The notes under the pieces are model-generated. The model saw only the letters and a list, made by a program, of their open reading frames with translations. It made no database searches and had not been told where the DNA came from. Shown here piece by piece: positions 1-11,262 of a stretch of DNA of 64,000 nt (position 1 is its first letter; every line of letters begins with the position of its first letter). Origin of the DNA: Gemmatimonadaceae bacterium (lineage in GTDB: Bacteria; Gemmatimonadota; Gemmatimonadetes; Gemmatimonadales; Gemmatimonadaceae); NCBI GenBank assembly GCA_051859245.1, contig JBHYGA010000001.1:1437722-1501721 (forward strand). Reading direction: 5' to 3'. Made by a program: the position numbers and the translations under genes.

Positions 1-189
1 AGCAATTTGACGGCCGTCGCGCCCGGTATCGCGCAAGCGCTCACGGCAACTGCGGCCGCATTGGCCGTGGCCATTCCCGCATCGTTCGCGTACAACGTGT
101 TCGCAGCGCGGCTCAATCGGTACGATACCGGGCTTGAAGGCTTTGGCTCGGAGCTCGTGGCGTTGCTCGTTCGCGAAGGGCGGATCTAG
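1..189 (+). CDS. tolQ: TolQ/ExbB/MotA family proton channel, 3' part (truncated by window edge)
   Basis: VAPGIAQALTATAAALAVAIPA...YN matches the C-terminal TM motif of MotA/TolQ/ExbB; followed by tolR-, tolA- and tolB-like genes and pal. Confidence 0.8.
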   Translation, partial: SNLTAVAPGIAQALTATAAALAVAIPASFAYNVFAARLNRYDTGLEGFGSELVALLVREGRI

Positions 190-191
190 TC

Positions 192-611
192 GTGCAAGGC
201 CGTCGTCGTCGCGGCGATCGTATGGCGGTCAACGCCGAAATCAACGTCGTCAGTTTGATCGACGTGATGATGCTGCTCATGATAGTGTTCATGATCGCGG
301 CCCCGATGATGCAAGGCGGTGTTGAAGTGCAACTCCCCAAGGCCGCGGTGCAACCGCTTGATGCGAAAAGCGGATTGATTGTTTCGATCGATCGCGACGG
401 CCGCATTTTTGTGGATCGCACGGAAGTGTCGCTCGACGAACTCGCAGGCAGCGTGAAGTCGCTCATGGCGCAGCAGCGCAGCGAAGGCGTGTATGTTCGC
501 ATGGACGAACAGGCACGCGGCGGCGTCTTGGTGCGCGTGTTTGCGACGCTGATCGGTGCCGGCATCGAGAATGTCGGTCTGGTTGGCGAGCCCGTGGAGG
601 CGCGTCGGTGA
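192..611 (+). CDS. tolR: TolR/ExbD biopolymer transport protein
   Basis: EINVVSLIDVMMLLMIVFMIAAPMM...VQLPKA motif; alternative start ATG at 222. Confidence 0.9.
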   Translation: MQGRRRRGDRMAVNAEINVVSLIDVMMLLMIVFMIAAPMMQGGVEVQLPKAAVQPLDAKSGLIVSIDRDGRIFVDRTEVSLDELAGSVKSLMAQQRSEGVYVRMDEQARGGVLVRVFATLIGAGIENVGLVGEPVEARR

Positions 612-1321
612 AGCGGTCCATGATCGCGTCCACCGTGCTGCACGCGGGCTTGCTCAGCGCGGTGTTGTTGTGGACCGGGAAGCCGGAGCCCGCTCGGCCC
701 CCGGTGTACCGCGTCAAGCTGGTGGGTGCGCCCGCCGGCGCGAAGAATATCGGCGTCGTGAATTCTCGTCCGGCGACGCAGCCGGTCAAGCAGGCCGATG
801 CGCCGAGTGGACTGGAACGACCGGATCAGCCCAAAACCGTCGCCGAGGCGACCACGGCTCCCAAGCCGCCGCCGCCGAAGGCCACGCCAACGCCAACACG
901 CACGCGTGACGCTGGTCAGACGGATGGTGCTACGAAAGCACCCGCCTCAGCGGCACCACGAGCCGGCAGTACGGCCGGTGGCCGAGGCGCCGACGTGATC
1001 ACCGTGGAAACAAACGGGATCGAGTTTCCGTCGCCCGGGTACCTGAACAATATCGTGCGTCAGGTTGAGCTACGGTTCGACCCGGACACCCGGTTTGAAA
1101 AGCGTCCCCTGCGCGCGGAAGTGAGTTTTCTCATTCATCGTGACGGGCGGGTGAGCGATATCCGCGTGGAGACCACCTCCGGCGAATATCGGTTCGATCT
1201 CGACGCTCGCTCAGCCATTGAGGCCGCGGGCAGCGCGCGTGCGTTTGGTCCACTGCCGGTGGAATGGCGTGACGATGTGTTGCGAGTCTATTTCAACTTC
1301 ACACCCGCGGGGATGCGCTAA
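608..1321 (+). CDS. TolA/TonB-like energy transducer with TonB_C-type C-terminal domain
   Basis: N-terminal TM with SxxLH, Pro/Ala-rich linker, C-terminal VSFLIHRDGRV...SGEYRFDLDARSAI...PLP; GTGA overlap with tolR. Confidence 0.8.
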   Translation: MKRSMIASTVLHAGLLSAVLLWTGKPEPARPPVYRVKLVGAPAGAKNIGVVNSRPATQPVKQADAPSGLERPDQPKTVAEATTAPKPPPPKATPTPTRTRDAGQTDGATKAPASAAPRAGSTAGGRGADVITVETNGIEFPSPGYLNNIVRQVELRFDPDTRFEKRPLRAEVSFLIHRDGRVSDIRVETTSGEYRFDLDARSAIEAAGSARAFGPLPVEWRDDVLRVYFNFTPAGMR

Positions 1322-1346
1322 CGTGTTTCCCGTGTTGCCCAAATTC

Positions 1347-2672
1347 ATGACGGTACGCGTTCGCTTTATCTCGATGTCTCGAATGGTCCGCATCGCCGCG
1401 ATGGGGGTCATCGTAGCGCTCACGGTTACGTCGTCGCTGGCGGCGCAGGATCGGCCGTCGGGTGTTTCCGTCTCGCTGGTGTATACCGCCGGCCAGCGCG
1501 TGGCCATCATGGTGCTGCCCGTCCGTGGCACCGCCGGCGACTCGATTAAAACCATCATCGAGCGCGATCTCGACTTCAGCGATCGTTTTCAGCACGTGCC
1601 GGCCATTGCCGCTCCCGCGGAGGGCCAGCCCCTGAATTACGCGCTGATCGCGCGTGCGGGTGCGGCCGGTGTGGTCCAGGCAAAGCTGCTTCCCTCGGGC
1701 TGGCTGCGTGTCATGTTGCACGACGTGGCGGGCAAAAAGATCATGCAGCAAGCTGATTTTCCGTTGCCCTCAATCGTGAACAATGACGGTTGGCGGCTCG
1801 GTGTCCACTCGATTTCGGACCAGATCGAGCAGTGGATCACGGGCGAAAAAGGCGTCGCCGCCACGCGCATCGCGTTCACACGAGACGACCGCATCTGGGT
1901 GGTGGACAGCGATGGGGCCGGCGCACGGGCAGTCACGCCGCGAGGCATGTCGCCCTCGTGGCATCCGAGCGGGCGCTACATCGCGTACCACGTGATTGAC
2001 GCCGATCGCCATCGCCTGGTTGTGACCGACGTGGTCACTGGTGCGCAGCGCTCCCTCACCAATGAGAAAGGCGCGCTGGACAACTCGCCCGCGATTTCTC
2101 CCGATGGGCGCTCGGTGGTGTTCAGCCGAAGCGTTGAGGCGACCGCGTCTTCCACCGATCTGTTCGTGATGCCATTCGACGGTGGACGTCCCACACGCAT
2201 CTCGGTGGCCCGTGGCAGCATTAATGGCGCGCCCAGTTGGAGCATCGACGGACGTCGCGTAGCTTTCAACAGCGATCGAAGCGGACGCAGCGAGATTTAC
2301 ATTGCGGACGCCGACGGTACCAACGCCTCACTGCTCTCGGCTGACGCTTTTGGCGAGCGCAACTTGCGCACGGATCCGAGTTGGTCGCCCGATGGACGCA
2401 TGCTGGCGTACGCTTCTATGGTTGGTGGCAGTATGCAGATTCTCACGATCAACTTGCGCGACCGCACGGTGCGTCAGTTGACGAGTGATGGAAACAACAA
2501 GTCGCCCTCGTGGGCTCCGGACGGAAGACACATTGTGTTCTCGTCCAACCGCAGTGGCACGGAACAGTTGTGGATTGTTGACGTGGAATCTGGTCGCCCA
2601 CGTCAGTTGGTGCGGGGAGGCTCGGTGTCACGTCTCGCCGATTGGTCACCTCGTTTGTCGAATACACCGTAG
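1347..2672 (+). CDS. tolB: TolB (PD40 beta-propeller)
   Basis: Signal peptide, IIERDLDFSDRF N-domain, repeated PSWSPDG motifs; start uncertain (1347 or 1374). Confidence 0.88.
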   Translation: MTVRVRFISMSRMVRIAAMGVIVALTVTSSLAAQDRPSGVSVSLVYTAGQRVAIMVLPVRGTAGDSIKTIIERDLDFSDRFQHVPAIAAPAEGQPLNYALIARAGAAGVVQAKLLPSGWLRVMLHDVAGKKIMQQADFPLPSIVNNDGWRLGVHSISDQIEQWITGEKGVAATRIAFTRDDRIWVVDSDGAGARAVTPRGMSPSWHPSGRYIAYHVIDADRHRLVVTDVVTGAQRSLTNEKGALDNSPAISPDGRSVVFSRSVEATASSTDLFVMPFDGGRPTRISVARGSINGAPSWSIDGRRVAFNSDRSGRSEIYIADADGTNASLLSADAFGERNLRTDPSWSPDGRMLAYASMVGGSMQILTINLRDRTVRQLTSDGNNKSPSWAPDGRHIVFSSNRSGTEQLWIVDVESGRPRQLVRGGSVSRLADWSPRLSNTP

Positions 2673-2746
2673 TGCGCTGTACCGCTGGCGCCACGCGCCA
2701 CAAGAATGGATCACCTTTTTCGCTTATGACTCAGGAGAATGTTCGA

Positions 2747-3307
2747 ATGCCCCGTTTGACTCGTGTTGCCGTGATGCTGCTGGCTGTTCCGCTCGCGCTC
2801 GGCGCGTGCAAGAAGAAGCCGGTTGCCGTAACGCCCGAGCCTGTAACTCCGGCTTCTTCTGCGAACCCTCCTGCCGCAAATCCGGGCACCACAACGACTC
2901 CGGCCGTTGATGCGGACGCCGCGCGTCGCGCCGTGGAAGCCGCGCGCAGTGCGCTGCTGCAGACGATCTACTTTGACTACGACAGCGACGAGCTGCGGGC
3001 CGACGCGCGCGCCACGCTCGACGACAAGCTGCGCGTATTGAACGCTAATCCCGCGGCGCGCCTGCGCATTGAAGGACACACCGACGAGCGTGGATCGGAC
3101 GAGTACAACCTGGCACTCGGCCGCCGTCGTGCGGATCAGGCCAAGCGCTACCTCACCGATCGTGGGCTGGACCCGTCGCGCATTGAAACCATGAGCTTCG
3201 GCCGTGAAAAGCCGGCGGCGTCAGGATCGAGCGAAGAAGCGTGGGCGCAGAATCGTCGCGGCGAGTTCCAGATCATCGCCGGCGGCGCGGAGCTTCGCGC
3301 CCCGTGA
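2747..3307 (+). CDS. pal: Peptidoglycan-associated lipoprotein Pal
   Basis: Lipobox LGAC, IYFDYD, IEGHTDERGSDEYNLALGRRRA, QNRR; AGGAG upstream of ATG 2747. Confidence 0.95.
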   Translation: MPRLTRVAVMLLAVPLALGACKKKPVAVTPEPVTPASSANPPAANPGTTTTPAVDADAARRAVEAARSALLQTIYFDYDSDELRADARATLDDKLRVLNANPAARLRIEGHTDERGSDEYNLALGRRRADQAKRYLTDRGLDPSRIETMSFGREKPAASGSSEEAWAQNRRGEFQIIAGGAELRAP

Positions 3308-4164
3308 TTGCCTCGCGCGTGGTTTTCCGGAGCGCGCGGTCGCGTGCGACACTGATCGCCATGCCGGTGCTGCTGCTTGGCAGCACCGGCTGCTTTGCCA
3401 CGCGCGGTGATGTCCGCATTTTGCAGGGCGATATCAATACCGTGCGTATGGAATCGCAGCGCAGTGCGCAGGCCCAGGCACAGGCGCTCGCGGAAACCGC
3501 GCGCATTTTGCAGGCGGTCAGCGATTCGCTCTCACGCCTCGCCACTCGACAGGTGTCGTTTGAAGGCGACACGCGCGGTGCGCTGCGCAAAGTGAACGAG
3601 CAGCTCGTGCAAGTGCAGGAGCTGCTCGGTCAGAGTGCCAACATCATCAGATCGCTGCGCGCTGATATCGAATCGTCCGGACGCATGATCACGCCGCCGG
3701 TGCAGACTGAGGTGCCGCCGGGCACCGTTCCACCGACCACGCCTCCTGGGCGAACGGGTGCAGTAACCACCCCGCCGAACCCGGCGATGCCGGGACCCGC
3801 GCAGTTGTATGAGGACGGCATGGCTCACATGCGTCGCTCCAGCTACGCGTCGGCGCGCATTGCGTTCAATGATCTGCTGCTCAATTACCCGGGCTCGACT
3901 GACGCGCCGGAAGCGCAGTTCCAGATTGCGGTCGCGTTTACGGAAGAAAAGAATCTGGTGGCGGCCGAGACGGCGTACGCAGCAGTGGTGACTAAGTACC
4001 CCGAGTCGCCGCGCGCTCCGGATGCCATGTACAAACGCGCGCAGATTTTCCTGTCACAGGGCGACAATGCCTCGGCCAAGTCAACGCTCGAGCAGTTGAT
4101 CAAGCGCTATCCGAGCTCACCGTCGGCCGATTTCGCCAAGGACCGGCTGGCCGGCATTCCCTGA
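3304..4164 (+). CDS. cpoB: Tol-Pal system protein CpoB/YbgF (coiled coil plus TPR, probable lipoprotein)
   Basis: Directly after pal (GTGA overlap); STGC lipobox-like motif, coiled coil, TPRs with YPGS/YPES/YPSS. Confidence 0.82.
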   Translation: MIASRVVFRSARSRATLIAMPVLLLGSTGCFATRGDVRILQGDINTVRMESQRSAQAQAQALAETARILQAVSDSLSRLATRQVSFEGDTRGALRKVNEQLVQVQELLGQSANIIRSLRADIESSGRMITPPVQTEVPPGTVPPTTPPGRTGAVTTPPNPAMPGPAQLYEDGMAHMRRSSYASARIAFNDLLLNYPGSTDAPEAQFQIAVAFTEEKNLVAAETAYAAVVTKYPESPRAPDAMYKRAQIFLSQGDNASAKSTLEQLIKRYPSSPSADFAKDRLAGIP

Positions 4165-4193
4165 GTCGGATCGCCTCAGTCCACGCACCATCT

Positions 4194-4979
4194 GTGTCTA
4201 CCGTCACACCGAAAGCTCCGAATGACGAAATGCCGTTCCTCGATCATCTCGAGGAACTGCGTTGGCGTTTGTTTAAAGTCGCACTCGCATTGGGCGGCGG
4301 CTTCATTCTCGGCTTCGTGTTGTTGTCCACCAAGTCCATCGACTTGCTGAACTATTTGCAGCGCCCGTTGCAGGCAGTCATTACTGAGCAACTGGTGTAT
4401 ACGAGTCCAACTGATCCGTTCAATGTGGTGCTTTCCGCATCGTTCGGACTTGGATTTCTTATCGCGCTGCCTGTGGTATGCTATCAGATCTGGGCGTTCA
4501 TGTCGCCGGCGTTGTACCAAACAGAAAAACGTGTAGTGCTACCGGTCATGGTTGGCGCGACGTTGCTCTTTGTGGCAGGTGTCGCGTTGGCGTTTTACGT
4601 GGTGCTTCCGGTCACGATCAAGTTCCTGTTGGGCTTTCAGACACAGGCCTTCACGCCCATGCTGGAAGTTCGGAAATATTTCGCGTTCGTGTTTGGGATG
4701 TGCCTGGCCTTCGGCGCGGCGTTTGAGCTTCCAATTGTGATGCTCGCGCTCACTGCGTTTGGTCTCGTCACGCCAATCATGCTGACCAAGTTCCGGCGCC
4801 ATGCGCTGATTGGCTGCATGGCGCTGTCCGCGATCATCACGCCTGGTGATGCCATCACGGCGCTGGTCATGATGACGATTCCGCTCTATTTTTTGTACGA
4901 GGGTGGCATTGTGTTGTCGCGCGTTGTGTACCGTCGCAAGCTGCGCTCGCAACAGATCGGGAGCGAGGCGATCGCGTGA
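4194..4979 (+). CDS. tatC: Twin-arginine translocase subunit TatC
   Basis: EMPFLDHLEELRWRL, YQIWAFMSPALY, FELP, AIITPGD, LYE motifs. Confidence 0.96.
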   Translation: MSTVTPKAPNDEMPFLDHLEELRWRLFKVALALGGGFILGFVLLSTKSIDLLNYLQRPLQAVITEQLVYTSPTDPFNVVLSASFGLGFLIALPVVCYQIWAFMSPALYQTEKRVVLPVMVGATLLFVAGVALAFYVVLPVTIKFLLGFQTQAFTPMLEVRKYFAFVFGMCLAFGAAFELPIVMLALTAFGLVTPIMLTKFRRHALIGCMALSAIITPGDAITALVMMTIPLYFLYEGGIVLSRVVYRRKLRSQQIGSEAIA

Positions 4980-7900
4980 TCGCGTTGTCACGCTCGGCCG
5001 GCACCATTGCGCGCGTATTTGCACGGCACGCCACTCGCTTTGTGCTGGCGCTGCTTTTGCTGGCGCCTGCACTCGTTGCGTCAAACGCAGGCGCGCAGGT
5101 TCCGATCCCGCGGCCTCCCGTGCAGCCGCCCGCCACACGCGGCGGCGCCGAACCCGCGCCGCTGAATCGCGACAAGTTGCTCGTGGAATGGGTCGAGCCT
5201 GACTCGATCATGAAAGAGTTGCTCGCCCGATCCGGCTACAGCACGGTTCAATATCAGGGCGACAAGGTCACGTTCGACGCCATTACCAAGCTGCTCACCA
5301 TGCGCGGCAAGCCGTCCGCGGTTCGTCGTGGTGAAACGATTTTGGTGGGTGACACGATCGTGTACGACGACTCTACGAAACTCGTGGTCGCGACCGGCGA
5401 TACCGTGGTGCTGCGCGATCCGTCACGTGATGACGCCGACGATTTTGTCGCGCGCGGATCGATTCGCTACGATCTCGAAACGCAAGAAGGCACCACAGGA
5501 TCGTTTTCGACATCAGTGGTATCCGGACAGCGCCTGTTCATCACCGCGGAGTCAGGCACGATTCTCGGTGACACCACGCTCACCGGTGGGCGGCGTCTGT
5601 TCTTTCACGACGCCGACTTTACGTACTGCGATTTGACCGAGCCACATTTTCACTTCACGGCCAAGGACATCAAGTTCGTGTCCGAAAATGTGGTGGTGGC
5701 GAGACCGGGTGTGCTGTACATCGGAGAAGTGCCAGTCTTTTGGCTGCCGTTCTTTTTTCAGGACGTGCGCTCGGGACGCCGAAGCGGACTGCTCACCCCC
5801 AGGTTCGGCGTAGCCGAACTGTTCCGCAACAGCGCGAACTATCAGCGCACGGTCGAGAACGTGGGATGGTTCTTTGCCATCAATGACTACGCCGACGCCG
5901 AAGTGTCCATGGATTGGCGCTCGGGCGGCAGTGGCAGTGGCGCCGACGCGGGCTGGCTGCGCGGCAATACGGAATTCCGCTACAAGTGGCTGTCGCGATT
6001 TATCGATGGAAACGCTGCCGTGTCATATCTGGGGCAGAATGGCGGGCAGACCAACACAAGCATCTCGTGGCGTCATAACCAGAGCTTCAGTAAGTCCACG
6101 CGCGTGAGTGCGAACATCAACTGGGTGCAGAGCACCACTGTGCAGCGCCAGACGACGTTCAATCCCACGGCGTCGCTTGCCACGATCGTATCGCAGCTGA
6201 ACTATCAGACGAAAGTCGGGCCGGCGAATCTGAGCGTGGGTGGAACGCGCAAGCAGTATCCAGGACGTCAGCAGACCGACATGGATTTGCCGAACTTCAA
6301 CCTGACCACCGGGACGCTCGCGTTCGGTCGGTTTGAGTGGACGCCGAGTCTGCGCTTCAACCAGGCCCGAACGGACAACATCGATCAGGGCATTCAGTTC
6401 GGCAACATCTATCGTCCGAACGCGCTCGGTGGCTTGGATAGCACGCGCGTCAATGCCTCGCGCCGCAATACCAACTTCGGTATTGAAACGCCGTTCAAGA
6501 TTTTTGATTTTCAGGTCAATAACACCGTCAGCGTCACCGAGCGCTTTGATGACTATCCCGAGCAGAAGATTGTTCGGGATGTCAACGACAGTTCGAAAGT
6601 GTTCACCCGAATCTTCGCGCAGCGGTACTTCACGAACATTGACTGGAACACGTCGTTCAACTTGCCGCGCTTTCTGCAGGGTTCGTGGAATGTGTCGCCG
6701 AGTGTACAGTTCGTGAACACGGATCCGTCGGCCGGATTCATTGTGCGTTCCGAGTTGAGCCGCGGCAAGTACGTGCAGCAGGGCAAGCGTGCGCAGTATG
6801 GTGTGAGCGCGGCGCCCGTGCTGTACGGATTGTTTCCCGGACTTGGTCCAGTGGAAGCGATTCGTCACTCAGTAAGTCCGCAGATTTCGTACAGCGTGTC
6901 GCCGCGCGCCGATGTGAGTGATGCGTTCCTCGAAGCCACGGGCCGTACGCGGCAGGGCTATCTCGGATCACTGCCGCGCAATGCGATTTCACTCGCGTTC
7001 GCGACCACCTTCGAAGCCAAAATGCGTGCGCCATCGGCCGAGGACATGGCCGAGAACGCCACGGATACTCTCGGGGTAAACGCGGACTCTGCCGAGACAC
7101 TCGGCGCGGGTGACGATCCCAACGCACCACGCATTCCGCGTGGTCCGGCCGCCGAAGGGCGCAAGGTACGGTTGCTGGCGCTCAACTTCTCGTCGCTCAC
7201 GTACGACTTCATTCGTGCCGATACGGCGTCGTCCGGATTGGTGGAACAGAACTTCACCATCTCGGCGCGCACGGATCTGTTGCCCAATCTCGATTTCCAG
7301 ATGGGCTATGAACTGTTTCAAGGCGATCCGCTGAGCGACACCGCCTTGTTCAAGCCGTTTCGCAATACGCTCGGCGTGAACTTCTCGCTCGACGGGCAGT
7401 CGGGTTTGGTGGCGCTCATCGGCCGTTTGTTTGGTCGCCGCGGTGAAATCGAAGCGCCTGAAGCTGCTGATTCGGCTACCGCGTCGCGTCGCAGTGAGTT
7501 CTCACAGTTTGGCGGCGGTGGACTGCGCGCTGCAGGATCGGGTGCACGCGGCGCGCCGGTATCGCTGCCGTCATCTGGCGCTGGTTGGCAGCTGTCGCTC
7601 ACGTACAACGCCAACCGTCAGCGTCCGCCCATTGGCGGTACACAGATTGAATACGATCCGGCACTCGCGTGTCGCGGTATTCCGGAAGGCTCGTTTGCAT
7701 ATCAGGACTGCTTGGCCAATGCCACCAACTCACCGCCGGTTGGCTTTCAGCCTGAAGGACAGGTCACGGCAGGTGGACCGCTCTACATTCAGCCGCCCAG
7801 TGAAAACCTGAGCGGCAACTTGTCATTCGGATTGACACAGAACTGGAGTGGCTCCATGAGCGCGCAGTACGACATGGTGCGACGCGATTTTGGGTCACTG

Positions 7901-8050
7901 CAGCTTGGACTGCAGCGCGAAATGCATGACTGGAATGCTGTCTTCTCATTTACGCGCGTGCCCAACGGAAACTTTGCGTTCAACTTCTTTATCGCACTGA
8001 AGGCGTCACCGGAAATCAAGTTCAACTACGACCGACGCTCGGTACGCTAA
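4976..8050 (+). CDS. lptD: LPS assembly protein LptD-like outer-membrane protein (1024 aa)
   Basis: Signal peptide, OstA-like N-domain with FTYCDLTEPHFHF, VLYIGEVPVFWLPF, RRSGLLTP; barrel end REMHDW...FNFFIALK. Confidence 0.8.
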   Translation: MIALSRSAGTIARVFARHATRFVLALLLLAPALVASNAGAQVPIPRPPVQPPATRGGAEPAPLNRDKLLVEWVEPDSIMKELLARSGYSTVQYQGDKVTFDAITKLLTMRGKPSAVRRGETILVGDTIVYDDSTKLVVATGDTVVLRDPSRDDADDFVARGSIRYDLETQEGTTGSFSTSVVSGQRLFITAESGTILGDTTLTGGRRLFFHDADFTYCDLTEPHFHFTAKDIKFVSENVVVARPGVLYIGEVPVFWLPFFFQDVRSGRRSGLLTPRFGVAELFRNSANYQRTVENVGWFFAINDYADAEVSMDWRSGGSGSGADAGWLRGNTEFRYKWLSRFIDGNAAVSYLGQNGGQTNTSISWRHNQSFSKSTRVSANINWVQSTTVQRQTTFNPTASLATIVSQLNYQTKVGPANLSVGGTRKQYPGRQQTDMDLPNFNLTTGTLAFGRFEWTPSLRFNQARTDNIDQGIQFGNIYRPNALGGLDSTRVNASRRNTNFGIETPFKIFDFQVNNTVSVTERFDDYPEQKIVRDVNDSSKVFTRIFAQRYFTNIDWNTSFNLPRFLQGSWNVSPSVQFVNTDPSAGFIVRSELSRGKYVQQGKRAQYGVSAAPVLYGLFPGLGPVEAIRHSVSPQISYSVSPRADVSDAFLEATGRTRQGYLGSLPRNAISLAFATTFEAKMRAPSAEDMAENATDTLGVNADSAETLGAGDDPNAPRIPRGPAAEGRKVRLLALNFSSLTYDFIRADTASSGLVEQNFTISARTDLLPNLDFQMGYELFQGDPLSDTALFKPFRNTLGVNFSLDGQSGLVALIGRLFGRRGEIEAPEAADSATASRRSEFSQFGGGGLRAAGSGARGAPVSLPSSGAGWQLSLTYNANRQRPPIGGTQIEYDPALACRGIPEGSFAYQDCLANATNSPPVGFQPEGQVTAGGPLYIQPPSENLSGNLSFGLTQNWSGSMSAQYDMVRRDFGSLQLGLQREMHDWNAVFSFTRVPNGNFAFNFFIALKASPEIKFNYDRRSVR

Positions 8051-9582
8051 TGACCACTTCCGCCTATGAGGTGGATGGACAAACGCTGACCGCCGATGCG
8101 CTCGACGCGGTGTCTCGCGGAACGCGATCCGTCGTACTGCAGACTGCGGCGCGCGAGCGGATGCAGCGCACCCGCGCGGTGGTGGATCGTGCGGTGGCGA
8201 GTGGGGACGCGGTCTACGGATTGAACACCGGGTTCGGCAAACTGTCAGAGATTGCGATTCCGCTGAGCGACCTCGCGAATCTGCAGCGCAATCTCGTGCG
8301 CAGCCATGCCGCTGGTGTGGGCGCGGCGCTCCCTGAACGCGAAGTGCGCGCGATGATGTTGCTTCGCGCGAACGTACTCGCCTCTGGGTATGCGGGCGCT
8401 CGGACGGATGTGGTGGAGTTGTTGCTGGCCATGCTGGAGCGTGGCGTGGTTCCCGTGGTGCCGGAGCAGGGCAGCGTTGGTGCGAGTGGTGATCTTGCGC
8501 CGCTCGCGCATCTCGCGCTGGTGCTGATTGGCGAAGGACGCGCGCGACTGCGCGGTGAAGAGTCTGATGGCGCCACCATTCTTGCGCGGGCAGGACTAGT
8601 CCCGCTTGAGCTGCAAGCCAAGGAAGGACTTGCGCTGATCAACGGCACGCAGGCGCACACTGCGGTGACGGCGGTTGCCGCACTGGAGTTGCAGCGACTC
8701 TGGCGAGCCGCGCATGTGATCGGCGCGATGAGTCTCGATGCGCTACTCGGTACACCCGATGCATTCGACGAGCGTATTCAGATCGCGCGCGGACAACCCG
8801 GTCAGAAGCATTCGGCCGCACTGCTGCGCACGCTACTTAGTGGTAGCGCACTGCGTGAATCACACCGCGCCGGCGATCCACGCGTGCAGGACGCGTACGC
8901 GCTGCGCTGCATGCCACAGGTGCACGGCCCGGCGTTCGACGCGCTGGCGTTCACGCTGGAGGTGATTGAGCGAGAACTGAACTCGGCCACGGACAATCCG
9001 TTGGTGATGGAATCCGGCGAGTTGCTTAGCGGCGGAAACTTTCACGGTCAGGCTGTTGGCATGGCGGCCGATTTTCTGGCGATCGTTTGTGCCAATCTCG
9101 CGGTGATCAGCGAGCGTCGAACGGATCGCTTGGTGCATCCCGATTTCAACCAGGGGCTGCCGCCGTTCCTTGCGCAGAAGCCCGGGTTGGAGTCAGGGCT
9201 GATGATGGCGCAAGTCACCGCGGCGGCCCTCACGAGTGATATGAAGCGTCTCGCGTCGCCAGCCAGTGTGGATTCCATCCCGACCGACGGCAACAAGGAA
9301 GACGTGGTGCCCATGGCCATGGGCGCTGCGCTCAAGTTGCGGCAGAGTGTCGCCGGGTTGCGCCACGTATTGGCTGTGGAGTTGCTCTGCGCGGCCGATG
9401 CGATTGACTGTCGCCGGCCGCTCACCAGCGCGCCCGCGCTCGAGGCGGCGCACACGCGTGTTCGGTCGCTTGTCCCGCCTCGCACCGGTGACCGTCCTCC
9501 CTCGCCAGACGTGATGGCCCTTGCGTCGGCGCTCTCCGACGGGATGTTTGAGCCAGACGCCCTTCTGGGAGGAGCGGTATGA
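8050..9582 (+). CDS. hutH: Histidine ammonia-lyase
   Basis: [12 protein letters not shown] motif [40 protein letters not shown]. Confidence 0.96.
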   Translation: MTTSAYEVDGQTLTADALDAVSRGTRSVVLQTAARERMQRTRAVVDRAVASGDAVYGLNTGFGKLSEIAIPLSDLANLQRNLVRSHAAGVGAALPEREVRAMMLLRANVLASGYAGARTDVVELLLAMLERGVVPVVPEQGSVGASGDLAPLAHLALVLIGEGRARLRGEESDGATILARAGLVPLELQAKEGLALINGTQAHTAVTAVAALELQRLWRAAHVIGAMSLDALLGTPDAFDERIQIARGQPGQKHSAALLRTLLSGSALRESHRAGDPRVQDAYALRCMPQVHGPAFDALAFTLEVIERELNSATDNPLVMESGELLSGGNFHGQAVGMAADFLAIVCANLAVISERRTDRLVHPDFNQGLPPFLAQKPGLESGLMMAQVTAAALTSDMKRLASPASVDSIPTDGNKEDVVPMAMGAALKLRQSVAGLRHVLAVELLCAADAIDCRRPLTSAPALEAAHTRVRSLVPPRTGDRPPSPDVMALASALSDGMFEPDALLGGAV

Positions 9583-11252
9583 CGACGATGTCGATGCCCG
9601 TTGGTGCCAGGCCGGTTCGCGCGGCGCATGGAACCACGCTCAGCTGCCGAGGTTGGCTGCAGGAAGCGGCGCTCCGCATGCTGATGAACAATCTCGATCC
9701 GGATGTGGCGGAACGGCCGGACGATCTCGTCGTGTACGGCGGCACGGGCAAGGCCGCGCGCGATTGGGAGTGCTTCGACGCGATTGTGCGCACACTGCAG
9801 ACACTCGCCGACGACGAAACCATGCTCGTGCAGAGCGGTAAGCCCGTGGCGGTGTTTCGCACGCACACCGACGCGCCGCGCGTGCTGATTGCCAACGGCA
9901 ATCTGGTTGGGCGTTGGGCGAACTGGGATGAGTTTCGTCGGCTTGAGAAGCTCGGACTCACGATGTACGGGCAGATGACCGCGGGCTCGTGGATCTACAT
10001 CGGTTCGCAGGGCATCGTGCAGGGCACGTACGAAACGTTTGGTGCCGTTGCTGCGCGACATTTTGGTGGTTCACTCGCCGGTCGACTGGTTGTCACGGCG
10101 GGACTCGGTGGTATGGGCGGCGCACAGCCACTCGCGGCCACGATGCACGGTGCCGCAGTGCTCGCGGTCGAGGTGGATGCATCGCGTATTCAGAAGCGTC
10201 TGGATACCGGCTACTGCGATCGCATGGCGACGGATCTCGACGACGCGCTCGCGCAGCTGGCGGTGGCGCGCGCGCAAGGCGTTGGCTTGTCCATCGGCTT
10301 GCTTGGCAATGCCGCGGACGTGCTTCCGGCGCTCGTTGCTCGCAACATCACGCCCGATGTGGTGACGGATCAAACAAGCGCGCACGATCTGCTCGTTGGC
10401 TACGTGCCCAGTGGTTACTCGGTTGCTCAAGCGGCGGAACTGCGTGCGCGTGACCCCGAGATGTACGTATCGCTGGCGCGTGAGTCTGTGGTGAATCACG
10501 TCCGCGCCATGCGCACCATGCAGGATCGCGGCGCGATCGCGTTTGACTACGGCAACAACATTCGTACGGTGGCATTTGACGCCGGGCTCGACGATGCGTT
10601 TCGCATTCCCGGCTTTGTGCCAGAGTATGTGCGGCCGTTGTTCTGTGAAGGGAAGGGACCGTTCCGGTGGGTTGCACTCTCCGGCGATCCGGCCGACATC
10701 CACCGCACCGATGATCTGTTGCTGGAAATGTTTCCGCACGATGCGCACCTCGCGCGCTGGATCACGCTCGCGCGGGAACGCATTCACTTTCAGGGACTGC
10801 CTGCTCGCATCTGCTGGCTTGGTCAGGGCGAGCGGGCACGATTCGGATTGGCGCTGAACGAGTTGGTGGCGCGCGGCGAGGTCTCGGCGCCCATCGTGAT
10901 TGGTCGCGATCATCTCGACACGGGAAGCGTGGCCTCACCGTTTCGCGAAACCGAAGCCATGAAAGACGGATCAGACGCCATTGCCGACTGGGCCATTCTG
11001 AATGCGATGCTGAATGTGGCGAGTGGTGCGTCATGGGTGTCGTTTCACCATGGTGGCGGCGTGGGCATCGGCAACTCGCTGCATGCGGGGCAGGTGATCG
11101 TGGCCGATGGAACCGTCGATGCCGCGCGACGCATTGAGCGCGTGCTCACGAATGATCCTGGCATCGGAGTGGCACGACATGCAGACGCGGGGTATGAATC
11201 GGCGCGCGAAACCGCGCGTCGTGAGCGACTGCATCTTCCCATGATCGGTTAA
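9579..11252 (+). CDS. hutU: Urocanate hydratase
   Basis: [51 protein letters not shown]. Confidence 0.98.
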   Translation: MTTMSMPVGARPVRAAHGTTLSCRGWLQEAALRMLMNNLDPDVAERPDDLVVYGGTGKAARDWECFDAIVRTLQTLADDETMLVQSGKPVAVFRTHTDAPRVLIANGNLVGRWANWDEFRRLEKLGLTMYGQMTAGSWIYIGSQGIVQGTYETFGAVAARHFGGSLAGRLVVTAGLGGMGGAQPLAATMHGAAVLAVEVDASRIQKRLDTGYCDRMATDLDDALAQLAVARAQGVGLSIGLLGNAADVLPALVARNITPDVVTDQTSAHDLLVGYVPSGYSVAQAAELRARDPEMYVSLARESVVNHVRAMRTMQDRGAIAFDYGNNIRTVAFDAGLDDAFRIPGFVPEYVRPLFCEGKGPFRWVALSGDPADIHRTDDLLLEMFPHDAHLARWITLARERIHFQGLPARICWLGQGERARFGLALNELVARGEVSAPIVIGRDHLDTGSVASPFRETEAMKDGSDAIADWAILNAMLNVASGASWVSFHHGGGVGIGNSLHAGQVIVADGTVDAARRIERVLTNDPGIGVARHADAGYESARETARRERLHLPMIG

Positions 11253-11262
11253 GGAGGACACC

